A DNA stretch of 64,000 nucleotides from Carpediemonas membranifera BICM (lineage: Eukaryota > Protista > Fornicata), in the NCBI GenBank assembly GCA_019828565.1, contig JAHDYR010000032.1, forward strand, positions 94,681 through 158,680, in the 5' to 3' direction. The notes below the pieces were generated by a model. The model searched no databases. It was not told where the DNA came from and worked only from the letters and a program-made list of their open reading frames with translations. The position numbers and the translations under genes were made by a program. This document shows, piece after piece, positions 1-9,495 of the stretch (position 1 is its first letter; each line of letters starts with the position of its first letter).

Positions 1-485
1 CCGCTTCAACTGCATTCTCAGTTAAGGGAGCTGTGAATGACCAAGAACAGGTGATATTGATCGATAGCGGCTCCGCAATCACGATCATCTCCACAACCTC
101 CGTTAAGACGCTCAAACTCGTCACGCATGAGCTTGAAAAGCCATTTACTGTTCAGTCCGTTACCAATGAGCCTATCCTCATCACTCACTACGTCCAAGCG
201 CGGATCACGTTGCCCAGCACATCTGGCAACGTCATCGTCGATCTCATCCTCTACGTCATGACGCGCGCCACCGAACGTGTGCTCATTGGATGCTACGTGC
301 TTCGCGTGCTCGGTTATCTCTCCGAGAGTGGCCTCCACATCCCACTTCTTCCGGATTCACGCCCGGAGGACGCCACCGATGGCCTCCCACTCCACAAGTA
401 CCTCGACTCCCCCGTCGAGGCCGTCTCCTCAAGCGAGTTTCACACCGAGGCGTGTGAGATACACGAGCTCTCCACCAAGGCCCAG
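1..485 (+). mobile_element. E0: fragment of a Ty3/Gypsy gag-pol (aspartic protease region), cut off by insertion of E1
   Basis: ORF 33..515 has the retropepsin motif ILIDSGSAIT and VLIGC..L. Coding sequence is replaced at 486 by the TGTGG start of the E1 LTR. Confidence 0.8.
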
Positions 486-595
486 TGTGGCGCTATACGC
501 GCCCTATTTATATAATTGTGTTTTAGTCAAGCTTAGTCGTGACGACACCCAAGTGTCGAATTAAAATCACTTCTCCCAGCCTTTTTGGTTCCACA
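486..595 (+). repeat. E1 5' LTR (110 bp, partner not seen)
   Basis: TGTGG...CCACA ends, TATA-like TATTTATATAA, hairpin CGACAC-CCAA-GTGTCG, gag ATG 15 nt downstream. Boundaries inferred by analogy with the paired LTRs. Confidence 0.75.
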
Positions 596-605
596 GTAAT
601 TACTG
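594..605. other. Perfect palindrome at E1 primer-binding position: CAGTAATTACTG
   Basis: Read directly; overlaps the terminal CA of the LTR. Confidence 0.9.
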
Positions 606-610
606 CTAGC

Positions 611-1508
611 ATGAACCAGCTTCAATCAATTGACCTTTTCCTTGCCCCATTCCTCACCAAAACCACCCAACGCGAGTGGGAGGAATTCCGCGAGGCCTAC
701 TATGCCTATCGCGCCAAGGGTGGAACGATCGCCATCAAGCACTTGATCGCTCGTACCGTGTGGCAGATCTTCGTCCTACGGGATCCTACCCTCGAGGCCG
801 CACCGGCCAATCTTCCAGCCCTCGAGGCCCCAGCGGACGCTGACGACGACGACGAGGACTACGAAGACGATGATGACGACGATGACGACGATGATCAGGA
901 ACTCGAAGTGGCTGAACAGCCGCTATTCCCCGACGACCAAGAGTCCTCTCACATCCTCAAGAGGATTAACGCCATGTTCCAGCCGCTAGATCGTCGTGAA
1001 GCCCTGGATCGCTTCGAGCGTATCACTTGCCAGTCCAGAGGCTCCCTCCATGACAACGTCCTCCGGTACGTGCACGCTTACCAGACCCAGCTTGAAAACT
1101 GTGGCGAAGTGCGCCCCTCAAACAAGCAACTCGTGCGCTGCTTCGTGCAGAATATCCAGCCCGAGCGCTTGCGCGACCGCGTGACCACGTACCAGGACCG
1201 CCGCAACCTCGACGTCACCTTCAGGGCTGCCATCGAACAAGCCCGTCACGTGGAGCAAGTCACTCGCGAGGGTGACCGCTTGCGTGCCGCCGAGCGGCCC
1301 AGCAAGGGCCAGGCCCGCTCCGATGTCGTCACCTGCTCGTTCTGTGGCAAGAGCGGTCACACTGCTGACCGCTGCTTCGCCAAGAAGGACAAGGTTAAGT
1401 CCCGTAATAAACGGGCCACCTATTTTGAGCTGTTAACCATCAACCCTTCGGATTCGGGAGAACCGGTGCCTCAGGCCGTTTTCGAGGTATCAATCCCAGG
1501 GGTCCAAG
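611..1508 (+). CDS. gag: E1 Gag (with acidic tract and CCHC zinc knuckle), start of gag-pol
   Basis: CSFCGKSGHTADRC knuckle; N-terminus resembles E8 Gag (FLAP.LT.T....W..FREA). Confidence 0.88.
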
Positions 1509-1649
1509 TGTGGCGACAACAGTATTTACACATAACCTGCGAAGCAGGGGTGAGTGTGCCCGTAGTTATAAATATTGTTGCCCCAGAATAAAATGACCAC
1601 ATCATCTCCAGCAGTTTAAAGACATTCCAGAACTGTGAACAAGAGGCTG

Positions 1650-2128
1650 ATGCCGTGTTCGCTGTGCAGCCGCCCTGGCCACAACAGGACTAGTTGTCCG
1701 TATAGGGCTCTAATCAACCGTGAGGATGGCAGAACAATCCTCTCGGTCATGATGGAGCTCATTGAAGGCAACGATCTTGCCAAAGAGCTGTCCACTGACC
1801 GGGTTGCTTCATGGGCAGTCAAAATCCTCCAAGGTAACTTCACAAACTTTTTAACACTTAGATAGGAACTGCTGTGCTCACAGAGCCGCCAATTGGCCTC
1901 TGTACTCCAGCGACGCCACGTTACTCGTCGTCCGGTCACCAGTCAAGCTCGCAAATCAGCGTGGACTCTTCTACGACCGGCAGTCATGCCCAGTACCTGT
2001 CAATTCCCGTTCCAGTTGATCGCCTTCCTGCAATCTACTCTCTTCTCGCCGAGGCCTTCCGCCCGCCGGACACCGCGGATCATTCTCAGCCTTCAGAAGG
2101 GCTCGACGACAGCATGTTTGCCAATTAA
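1650..2128 (+). CDS. Tn1 second gene: N-terminal zinc-knuckle protein, probable intron 1834-1865
   Basis: MPCSLCSRPGHNRTSC. A 32-nt GT-AG intron joins ORF 1635..1865 to ORF 1874..2128 in frame. Confidence 0.6.
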
Positions 2129-2201
2129 ATGTTATCCTATGTTTCAATGAGCTTTAGTTCGCCATAGCTGAACCCGTTGCTAGCTGACACAAAATGCACA
2201 T

Positions 2202-3170
2202 TTAGAAGAAGCCACAGTGGCGGTACGCTCCAGGCACATCGAAGAACTTGTGGAGCTGATCGAACAACCGGATGATATACTCCGCATGATTCTCGCCAGG
2301 TGGCTTGATGGCGGCCAGTTTCCGCTTGATCGCACCGAAGACAAGCTCAATAGGGTTGAGATGCGGAGCATAACCTGGAAGGAAGATAAATCCGACACCG
2401 TATAGGTCAGACAGCCGCTCATACAGTGTGGTATCTGTTGTTCGGTGACTCCTGGCGTTGTCTAGGACAAGCACCTTGTGCTGTCCGGCGATGAGGCTGA
2501 GCGTCTTGTGTAACACAGGCATAAAGTCCTCCGCCTTGTAGGTCCCAGTAGTGAGCGCTCGGTGTAGAATGCCCTCGTAGCCGAGTACGGCGCAGACAGA
2601 GATTCTCTTACCGTGAGTTCCCCCGCTAGTTTTGACGACGTGCTGTCCAGCCGGGAACCAGGAATACCGTCGGCTGTCATGTGGATCAAAGCTAGTCTCG
2701 TCTAGAAAGACCAGATCGGTCATTGCGTGCCTGGCACGCACGTATACGGCGTAGTTCGCCCAGAACTCCGCCTCGCGGATGGGAGAACACTCCTTCCAAC
2801 GCTTGTCTCCGAGCTTGTAGCTGTATCCAAGCTTCTTGAGAGCCAGCCTAACCGTCTCCGAGGATATTGATGTCGTCGTTGCGAGTTCCAGCTCTTTCTT
2901 AATCGCAGCAACTGTTACGACGTCATCTTGCTCCACGTGACGCATCATGATTGTCTGCAGGATTCTTCCGTCCCGTTCGAACTTTGTTATACGCTTCTTC
3001 CTCTCCTTCTTCTCTGTAGCTCCTTCTCTGGCCTTTCTGTGGGCCTTGATGATTCTACGGACTGTAGAGATGGATATGGCATGCTCTAAATGTTCCACGA
3101 TCTTTGGGGCACTAACACCGTGTTCATGGAACAGTATTACTGCCGAACGGGTCTCTACAGGGCTTGTCAT
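2202..3170 (-). CDS. DDE transposase, IS630/Tc1 type (DD37E)
   Basis: VFLDETSF, LVLDNARSH, P.YAPHLNPIE motifs and N-terminal HTH-like segments. Start codon may be 3192. Confidence 0.93.
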   Translation of the reverse strand: MTSPVETRSAVILFHEHGVSAPKIVEHLEHAISISTVRRIIKAHRKAREGATEKKERKKRITKFERDGRILQTIMMRHVEQDDVVTVAAIKKELELATTTSISSETVRLALKKLGYSYKLGDKRWKECSPIREAEFWANYAVYVRARHAMTDLVFLDETSFDPHDSRRYSWFPAGQHVVKTSGGTHGKRISVCAVLGYEGILHRALTTGTYKAEDFMPVLHKTLSLIAGQHKVLVLDNARSHRTTDTTLYERLSDLYGVGFIFLPGYAPHLNPIELVFGAIKRKLAAIKPPGENHAEYIIRLFDQLHKFFDVPGAYRHCGFF

Positions 3171-3642
3171 CCTCGTTTGAATTTTGACCATGACTCCTGA
3201 CTTTGATGTGGTCATTTTATTCTGGGGCAACAATAGCAATAATAATAACTGAGGCACTGACACTACCCCCCTCGAGCTGTAAGTGGGGCGTATGAATGAT
3301 GGTGCCGAAGATATGTTTTGATGTCATCAAATCTTTCGGTCAGATCTCGAGGATATTCTCCACGATATTCGCCAGGAGTCTGGGTTCGAGTCCCGGGATG
3401 GTCACTTTTGTCGAACAGCGGATCAATTGATGAGCGAGTTGTTCGTGATGACGGTATGATGTCCAGAATGAGCCTGGTGTGTTCGAAACGCGAAGGATAC
3501 TGTTAGAAAGTCCTTCTTCCCCCCCTTTTCCTGCTATCGGTTCTCGATGAGGGAATGCATGATGTTCCTGTTCGAACTGCGTTCGTTCGGATGAATGGTT
3601 GTACAATAAGCAACATCAACATCAGATTAGGATGGGCTGATG

Positions 3643-6600
3643 TTAAAGTCGCTTTTCCAGCTTTGAGCGCTCGTCGGGCGGTAGCGTCAACAAGTAACTG
3701 TCTAATGCGACGAGCTGGCGGTTCTCTGCATCTAGAGGTTCCCACGTAGCCTCTGAGCGTTCGAATCCTGCCCAGAGGATCTTGATCAGGCCTGGTTCCT
3801 TCCTCAGGTCGTGATCCAGGATGGCTTCGACGACAAGTTCGTCGTGATCCAGGGCCGCCATTTTGAGGGCCGCCTCTGGGCTGACGGGCGCTGCGATCAT
3901 GCGCTCCCCGTGGATGTGGACCACCTTCTTCGTAATGAGGTCCTTCAGTCGGTAGACGTTGGGGTCTTCGCCACGACCCAGGACCTTAAGTGGTCCCCGG
4001 AGGAAGGGTGAGAGCTTCTGGGGCTTCCTGCTCGGGATGATAAACGCGAACTCGTGCGGCCTCCACCTGTGGGTAGTCTTGAAGTGATCTCCCCGGCGCT
4101 TAGCCGCGTTGTACTCCTCCACAGCATGCTTGCTCAGTGCGCGGATGCGGCCGAGGGCCTCGATGTGACTGGCGAGAGCTGTAGATGCGCGATCGGGGTC
4201 GGTGTAGCTGCGTGGGGTCTTCAAGTGTCGAGGGCTGATGCCCAGTAAGGCCTCGAGGGGTGATATTCCCCCAAGAGTGCGATGTGGAGCGGAGTTGACG
4301 AGGAATTGGGCCATATAAAGCCATCGTTGCCATTCGTTGGACTCTGCTTCCATCATGAGTTTGCGTAGAGCGCGCACGGCCGTGCCATTCGCTCGCTCAA
4401 CTATACCCGAGCTCTGTGGATGGTAGGCTGTAGCAATGTGGTGCTTGAGGGTCAATTCACTCGTAAGCTTCTCCATAAGCTTGTTGCGGTACTGGGATCC
4501 TCCATCGGTGTGGATCTCCTGAGGAATGCCGAAGCGGCCAGCGAATGCGAGTAGGGCCTGTGCGGCTGAGTCTGCCGACGTGTCCCGGACTGGAACTAGG
4601 TCGACGTACTTGGTAAAGGAGTCAATGATGGTGATGATATATCGATTGCCCCTAGTGGATTCGGGCAGGGGCCCGATCGTGTCCAGCTGGACTGTCTCGA
4701 ACGGCTCTACCCTCTGCGTGCTATGCCACGCGGTCTGGCGCGCTTGGATCTGTCGAGTCTTCAGACATGCCGGACAGGTCCGAACGAAGGCGTCGATGTA
4801 GGGGTCAATGGTCTCGCGTTGAGCTGGCGTTGCCAGCCTGCGGATGATTCTGGCTGATGGGTGGCCGGCGGATCCTCCATGAAGGGTCCGGAGGATGGCG
4901 CGGGCGTCTTCTGGTATGTCGTCAGTGGTCAGGAAGCAGCAGCGACTAAGAGCGTCTGCTACAGCGTTGTCCTCCCCTGCCACATGTGATATCTCCGCGG
5001 GGAACTGCTGGAGGGTGATCCTCCAGCGCATTACCTTCGGTGAGCAGTCCGAGCGCTTCATGAGGTAGACGATATTGCGATGGTCCGTGTGGACGTGTAG
5101 GTCCGTGGCCATGGTGAACAGGGGCTGCATGTCTGATCTGGTGAGTGCACTAAGGATACCATACAGTTCCTTATCATAGGTGCACCAGCGGCGTTGCACA
5201 TCAGTTAGTCTCTTGGAGAATAACGTGACGGGCTGATGTTGGCCGTCCGCAGCGATCTGGTATAGAATACCGCCGACCGCGTTGTCGGACGCGTCTGTAT
5301 AGAGATGCCAGGGTAGACCCGGGTCCGGCTGGGTGAGGGTGATGGCCTCCGCTGTGGCCTCCTTGAGGCTCTGGAGGGCCTGTTCTTGTGGATCACCCCA
5401 CTCCTTGGCCTTGATTGCGTCATAGAGCGGGCCAAGAAGCTCCTGTGCGCGCGGAAGGTGCTCAGCGATGTAATTGAACATGCCAGCGATGCGTCGCATG
5501 TCCTTGACAGAGGTGGGAGATGTGATGTCGTTGAGGGCCTTGGCTCTCTCGGGGTCCACGCTGCGACCTTGCTCCGAGATGTCGAAGCCGACGACCTTGA
5601 CCTTACGGGAGGCGAACTTGCACTTCGCGAGGTTAAGTCTCAAGTCATGGCGATCGAGTAGCACTAAGGTGTGCTCTAGCGTCTGGAGGAATTCCTCCTG
5701 TGTCTTTGCGTGGATGAGGATGTCATCAATGTAGACCATAACACCCTTGTGAAGCACGGGTGCGAGGACTCCTTGCATGACTCTTTGGAAGTGAGACGGC
5801 GCATTTGCTAGGCCGAATGGCACCCGCACGAACTCGTCATACGCGTCTGGGGTGATCATAGCTGTCTTGCGGACGTCGTCCGGGTGGACTGGGACTTGAT
5901 GATACCCGGACGTGAGGTCCAGCGCCGCGAAGAAGCGTGAGCCGGATGCTTCCCGTACAAACGACTTCAAGTCGGGGAGGGGGAAGTGGTCCTTGACTGT
6001 GATCCTATTGAGAGCTGTATAGTCAATACACAGTCTGATGGCGCCGGATGCCTTGTCTACGACGACAATGGGAGAGGCAAACGGTCCCTGTGAGGCCCGT
6101 GTGATACCTGCCGATCGCAGGCGCTGCAGCTCTTCTCTGACTTGCTCACGGCGTCTGGGATTGAGGCGGCGGGGCTTGGCTTGCACGAGGTGCTGTTCGT
6201 CCACTAGCGGGATGCGCATGGCGGGCACCTTGGCTCCTCCAGGCGCCAGGCCGTCAAAAACGTGAGGGTGCTGCTCCAATATCGCTGTGATCGGTTGCTT
6301 AAGCTCCTCGATCTCAATGTTGGGCTGTACGTTGTCGGCCAGCAGTAATTCTTCTGCTGGTCTGAAAGGAATATCGTCCCCTTCGTCTGCTGCGGTTTCT
6401 TTCACGAGCTTAACAAAAAGGCCATCGGAAGTGAGGCATCCGAGGCTTCTCAGAATATCGCAGCCTATGAGGATCAGGGGTTTTTTCCCTGGTATGATGT
6501 CGAGGTTGGCAGTGAAGCGGGTCTCGTGGCCAGTTAGGGCCACTCGGAGGTCCGCGGAGGTCCGGCCATTAGCGGTGGCCACTGACTGGTCTGCCAGTAA

Positions 6601-6906
6601 ATAATGCCGCGTAGGGCCCGTTGAATGGGGTAGGGCGAGATCCTTTGCTAGTCCCTCCGAAACTCCTGAACGTCTGGCGCATGAATCAATGTGGAACACG
6701 TACTCTTGGCCATTTATATGGCCCGTAGTCTTGAGCACGTCGTCCTCGGTGTCGATCTCGGCATCGTCAAGGATCATGGCCTCGAACGGGGTCTTGGCCT
6801 TGAGCTCAGATTTGGCTCTGAGGCCGCCGCCCGACTCCCCTGGAGCGTGTCTTCTCTGAACGGGGACACTCGTTCCGCCAGTGATTGCCCTGGCAGATGG
6901 GGGCAA
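3643..6906 (-). CDS. pol: E2 Pol: protease, RT, RNase H, integrase, chromodomain
   Basis: IDSCA, LDLTSGYHQ, YIDD, TDASD, DKELY, H..H..C..C, DDE core, LRGPLKV, VEAILDH..ILWAGF...ATWEP. Confidence 0.95.
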   Translation of the reverse strand: MPPSARAITGGTSVPVQRRHAPGESGGGLRAKSELKAKTPFEAMILDDAEIDTEDDVLKTTGHINGQEYVFHIDSCARRSGVSEGLAKDLALPHSTGPTRHYLLADQSVATANGRTSADLRVALTGHETRFTANLDIIPGKKPLILIGCDILRSLGCLTSDGLFVKLVKETAADEGDDIPFRPAEELLLADNVQPNIEIEELKQPITAILEQHPHVFDGLAPGGAKVPAMRIPLVDEQHLVQAKPRRLNPRRREQVREELQRLRSAGITRASQGPFASPIVVVDKASGAIRLCIDYTALNRITVKDHFPLPDLKSFVREASGSRFFAALDLTSGYHQVPVHPDDVRKTAMITPDAYDEFVRVPFGLANAPSHFQRVMQGVLAPVLHKGVMVYIDDILIHAKTQEEFLQTLEHTLVLLDRHDLRLNLAKCKFASRKVKVVGFDISEQGRSVDPERAKALNDITSPTSVKDMRRIAGMFNYIAEHLPRAQELLGPLYDAIKAKEWGDPQEQALQSLKEATAEAITLTQPDPGLPWHLYTDASDNAVGGILYQIAADGQHQPVTLFSKRLTDVQRRWCTYDKELYGILSALTRSDMQPLFTMATDLHVHTDHRNIVYLMKRSDCSPKVMRWRITLQQFPAEISHVAGEDNAVADALSRCCFLTTDDIPEDARAILRTLHGGSAGHPSARIIRRLATPAQRETIDPYIDAFVRTCPACLKTRQIQARQTAWHSTQRVEPFETVQLDTIGPLPESTRGNRYIITIIDSFTKYVDLVPVRDTSADSAAQALLAFAGRFGIPQEIHTDGGSQYRNKLMEKLTSELTLKHHIATAYHPQSSGIVERANGTAVRALRKLMMEAESNEWQRWLYMAQFLVNSAPHRTLGGISPLEALLGISPRHLKTPRSYTDPDRASTALASHIEALGRIRALSKHAVEEYNAAKRRGDHFKTTHRWRPHEFAFIIPSRKPQKLSPFLRGPLKVLGRGEDPNVYRLKDLITKKVVHIHGERMIAAPVSPEAALKMAALDHDELVVEAILDHDLRKEPGLIKILWAGFERSEATWEPLDAENRQLVALDSYLLTLPPDERSKLEKRL

Positions 6907-7670
6907 GGGGTCTTCGGGGGCCTGTTGGTCGGATGGATGTCGTTCGGACGCGGCTTGGAGGTGGGAGCCGCTTCCTTGGCCTTGATGGGGAGGGCCTGCT
7001 TGGTGCTGGAGGATTCGTCAGTGTCGGGGTCGCTGTTGGCCTTGGTTCTGGCCTTCTTGGTGCGCACTAGATCGTAGCCGTAGCGCGTCATGTCCAGGCG
7101 AAGCTGGTCTTCAACCCGGGCGGCCTCGGTGATGAGTTTGTACACGTCCTCGAGCTTGGTTGGCTTTCGGAGGTCATACTCCGTGCGGACGACACGTTGG
7201 AAAGCGTCAGGTGCCAGATGGGAGAGGCACAGCTTGGTGGCTTTTTCGATGACGGTATCGTCGTCGCGGGAGAGGTTCTCCTCTTCGGAGAATGTGCCCT
7301 TTGTGTAGAGCTGGAAGATGTCCTGGAATGCGTTGATGTACTTGCGCACAAGGACGGTGCGGGTGTTGAGGTCGGTGATAGTGGATTCACAGCGGACCTT
7401 GCTCAGCTCGGCGAGCCATTGGCGGGATGTCTGAGGGCCGACGAGCTTGTCGAGGTGCTTGAAGAGCTCCTCTTCGGTGATGGTTTCAGCGTTGAGGTCG
7501 AACTGTCGCTGAATGAGATCCGACAAGGCGTCGGTGAGGAAAAGGGAGGCTTTCGCGTCAGGTGCGAACACCTTGAGGCGTTGGACTTGCCTCTTGAAGG
7601 AGCGGACGCTCTCGCGGTCGAGGTTAATAGCGTCGAGCTCTGGAATTGTCATTTGGGTTTTGGCAAACAT
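6774..7670 (-). CDS. gag: E2 Gag (no CCHC knuckle visible); overlaps pol in another frame
   Basis: Position between 5' LTR and pol; ATG 22 nt from the LTR. Confidence 0.75.
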   Translation of the reverse strand: MFAKTQMTIPELDAINLDRESVRSFKRQVQRLKVFAPDAKASLFLTDALSDLIQRQFDLNAETITEEELFKHLDKLVGPQTSRQWLAELSKVRCESTITDLNTRTVLVRKYINAFQDIFQLYTKGTFSEEENLSRDDDTVIEKATKLCLSHLAPDAFQRVVRTEYDLRKPTKLEDVYKLITEAARVEDQLRLDMTRYGYDLVRTKKARTKANSDPDTDESSSTKQALPIKAKEAAPTSKPRPNDIHPTNRPPKTPCPHLPGQSLAERVSPFREDTLQGSRAAASEPNLSSRPRPRSRP

Positions 7671-7681
7671 GAGTCTGTACT

Positions 7682-7693
7682 AGAATCGATTCT
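7682..7693. other. Perfect palindrome at E2 primer-binding position: AGAATCGATTCT
   Basis: Read directly; overlaps the last LTR base. Confidence 0.92.
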
Positions 7694-7785
7694 GTGGCGA
7701 CAACAGTATTTACACATAACCTGCGAAGCAGGGGTGAGTGTGCCCGTAGTTATAAATAGCAATAATAATAACTGAGGCACTGACA
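7693..7785 (-). repeat. E2 5' LTR (93 bp)
   Basis: TG...CA ends, duplicated at 1509-3262. Confidence 0.95.
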
Positions 7786-7789
7786 CAAG

Positions 7790-9324
7790 GTGTCCGCGCG
7801 CTTTTCGACACCGGTGCAACAGCCAACTTTATCAGTCGCGAGCTTTTGAAGCAGCTCAAACCAATTCTTACGCGACGCATTTCTCCCCGCAAGGTACAGT
7901 TCGGCAGTGGACAAATTGTGAACGTCACTGAAGAAGCCGTTCTAGAGCTCGACCTCGGGAGATGTGTTACTTCAGGACGCCAGCTCACGGCGTTGGCCCC
8001 TTGTCTGGTACTAGAACGACTACCATATCCTGTTGTTCTGGGATACCCCCTACTTAACGAGCTAGGCGTTGTCAGGTTCGCTTTAGGCGAGCCAGATGAC
8101 GTTTCCGATACCGACAGTGAGATAGACGTGGATCTCAACGTCGCAGTGACCGATGACCAGGTAGAACCCCAATGCCTGGTCCCCGAACTGACAGCGGAGA
8201 TCGACGCGATCCGCAAACGACTCCCAGATCTGTTTGGAGGTCTGACAGCCACGCCAGCACGCGTAACCCCGTTTGATATCGAACTGGAGGACGGTTCAAC
8301 GACCAATTGTCCACCGTACCGATACTCAGACGCGGTACTCGAGGAGATCAGACGCCAAACGTCCGAGCAAGAGGAGTTGGGCATTATCCAACTCTCAGAG
8401 AGTCACTACAACAGTCCCATAGTGGCAGTCACCAAACGGGACGGAACGATCAGGCTGTGTTTAGACTTTCGACGAGTCAACGACATCACTCGGCCCGACG
8501 ACCACCCCCTACCGTTAATCGACGATCTCATCGGGACCCTAGAGGGCAAGCAGTTTTTCGCAGCCATTGACCTCTCCAAGGCCTTTCTTCAAATTCCGCT
8601 TACTCCTCGTGCCCGTGCAATCACCGCGTTCGTCGCGGCAGGACGCAAGTACGAGTACCTGCGCATGCCATTCGGTTTGCGCAACGCCGCCATTCACTGC
8701 CAACGCTGCCTGGAAGAGGTACTAGGGCCCTCTCTGTACATCCAAGCCCTTGTCTACATCGACGACGTCGTCGTCTTTGGTGAGGACAAGGAAAGCTTCT
8801 GCAGAACTTGTCGGACGTCCTTGAGCGGCTCGACGCCGCCGGCCTCCGCATCAACCCTAGAAAGACGATCCTTGCAGCCCGCAGCATCGATTACCTCGGC
8901 TGGCATGTTTCCGCCGAGGGCAAGTCCATCAGTGAAGACCGCTTGGACCCGATCCGCATTCTGAAGGCCCCAAGCAACGTCTCAGAGGCCCGGAGCTTGC
9001 TTGGCCTCGTCAACTATTTCAGGCCGATGATTCCGAGCTTCGCGGAAACGGCTGAGCCAATCCTTGCGCTCACGCGGTCTGGCGTCGCGTGGCGGTGGGA
9101 CAGCACAACGAGGCTCTGGAGGCAATCAAAGCGACACTCCTGAGCGGCTCAGTGCTCGCTCACCCTCGCCCTGGTGAACCTCTCCACCTCTATACCGACG
9201 CCAGTGACATAGGCGTCGGCGCCGTACTCACGACAGGGACAGGCTCCGACATGAGGGTCGTGTCCTACTTCTCCAAGACACTGACCCCGGTCCAACGCCG
9301 CTGGTCGACTTATGACCAAGAAGG
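7790..9324 (+). CDS. pol: E1 Pol middle part: protease, RT, start of RNase H (frameshifts near 8800 and 9100)
   Basis: LFDTGA, IDLSKAFLQ, MPFGLRN, YIDD, LYTDASD. Confidence 0.88.
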
Positions 9325-9456
9325 TGTCGCAGGCGCAGCCGGCGCAGCCCGACTCATGACGACCTTAGACTGCGCGAGTCGTGGAGTCACACAGGGTGAC
9401 TCCACGTGAGTCACTTCATCAGGGAATAAACCTTTATGCACTCAGAGCTCACACCA

Positions 9457-9472
9457 CAGATGATATCATCTG
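9457..9472. other. Perfect palindrome at E3 primer-binding position: CAGATGATATCATCTG
   Basis: Read directly; 16 bp, overlaps the terminal CA. Confidence 0.93.
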
Positions 9473-9495
9473 CCAAGCACGAAGGACCCCAGCAG

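Larger units (their letters stand above)
1575..3233 (-). mobile_element. Tn1: IS630/Tc1/mariner-superfamily DNA transposon, 1659 bp
   Basis: Perfect 30-bp TIRs TTGTTGCCCCAGAATAAAATGACCACATCA (1575-1604 and 3204-3233); TA TSD at 1573-1574 and 3234-3235. Confidence 0.95.
1509..3262 (-). repeat. E2 3' LTR, split by transposon Tn1
   Basis: 1509-1574 plus 3236-3262 reconstitute the 7693-7785 sequence. Confidence 0.93.
1509..7785 (-). mobile_element. E2: complete Ty3/Gypsy chromovirus-like LTR retrotransposon
   Basis: Identical 93-bp LTRs (7693-7785; 1509-1574 plus 3236-3262), TSD CAAG at 1505-1508 and 7786-7789, PPT GAGGGGGGTAG on the minus strand next to 3262. Confidence 0.95.

Noticed and set aside
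3380-3396. tRNA gene or SINE suggested by a T-arm/B-box (CTGGGTTCGAGTCCCGG) in the E2 3' region
   Set aside because: No A-box, D-arm or acceptor stem could be built; an isolated motif may be chance.
9370-9430. Hammerhead ribozyme on the minus strand of the E3 LTR (CTGATGA followed by a stem)
   Set aside because: The required GAAA after stem II and a stem III/UH site are absent.
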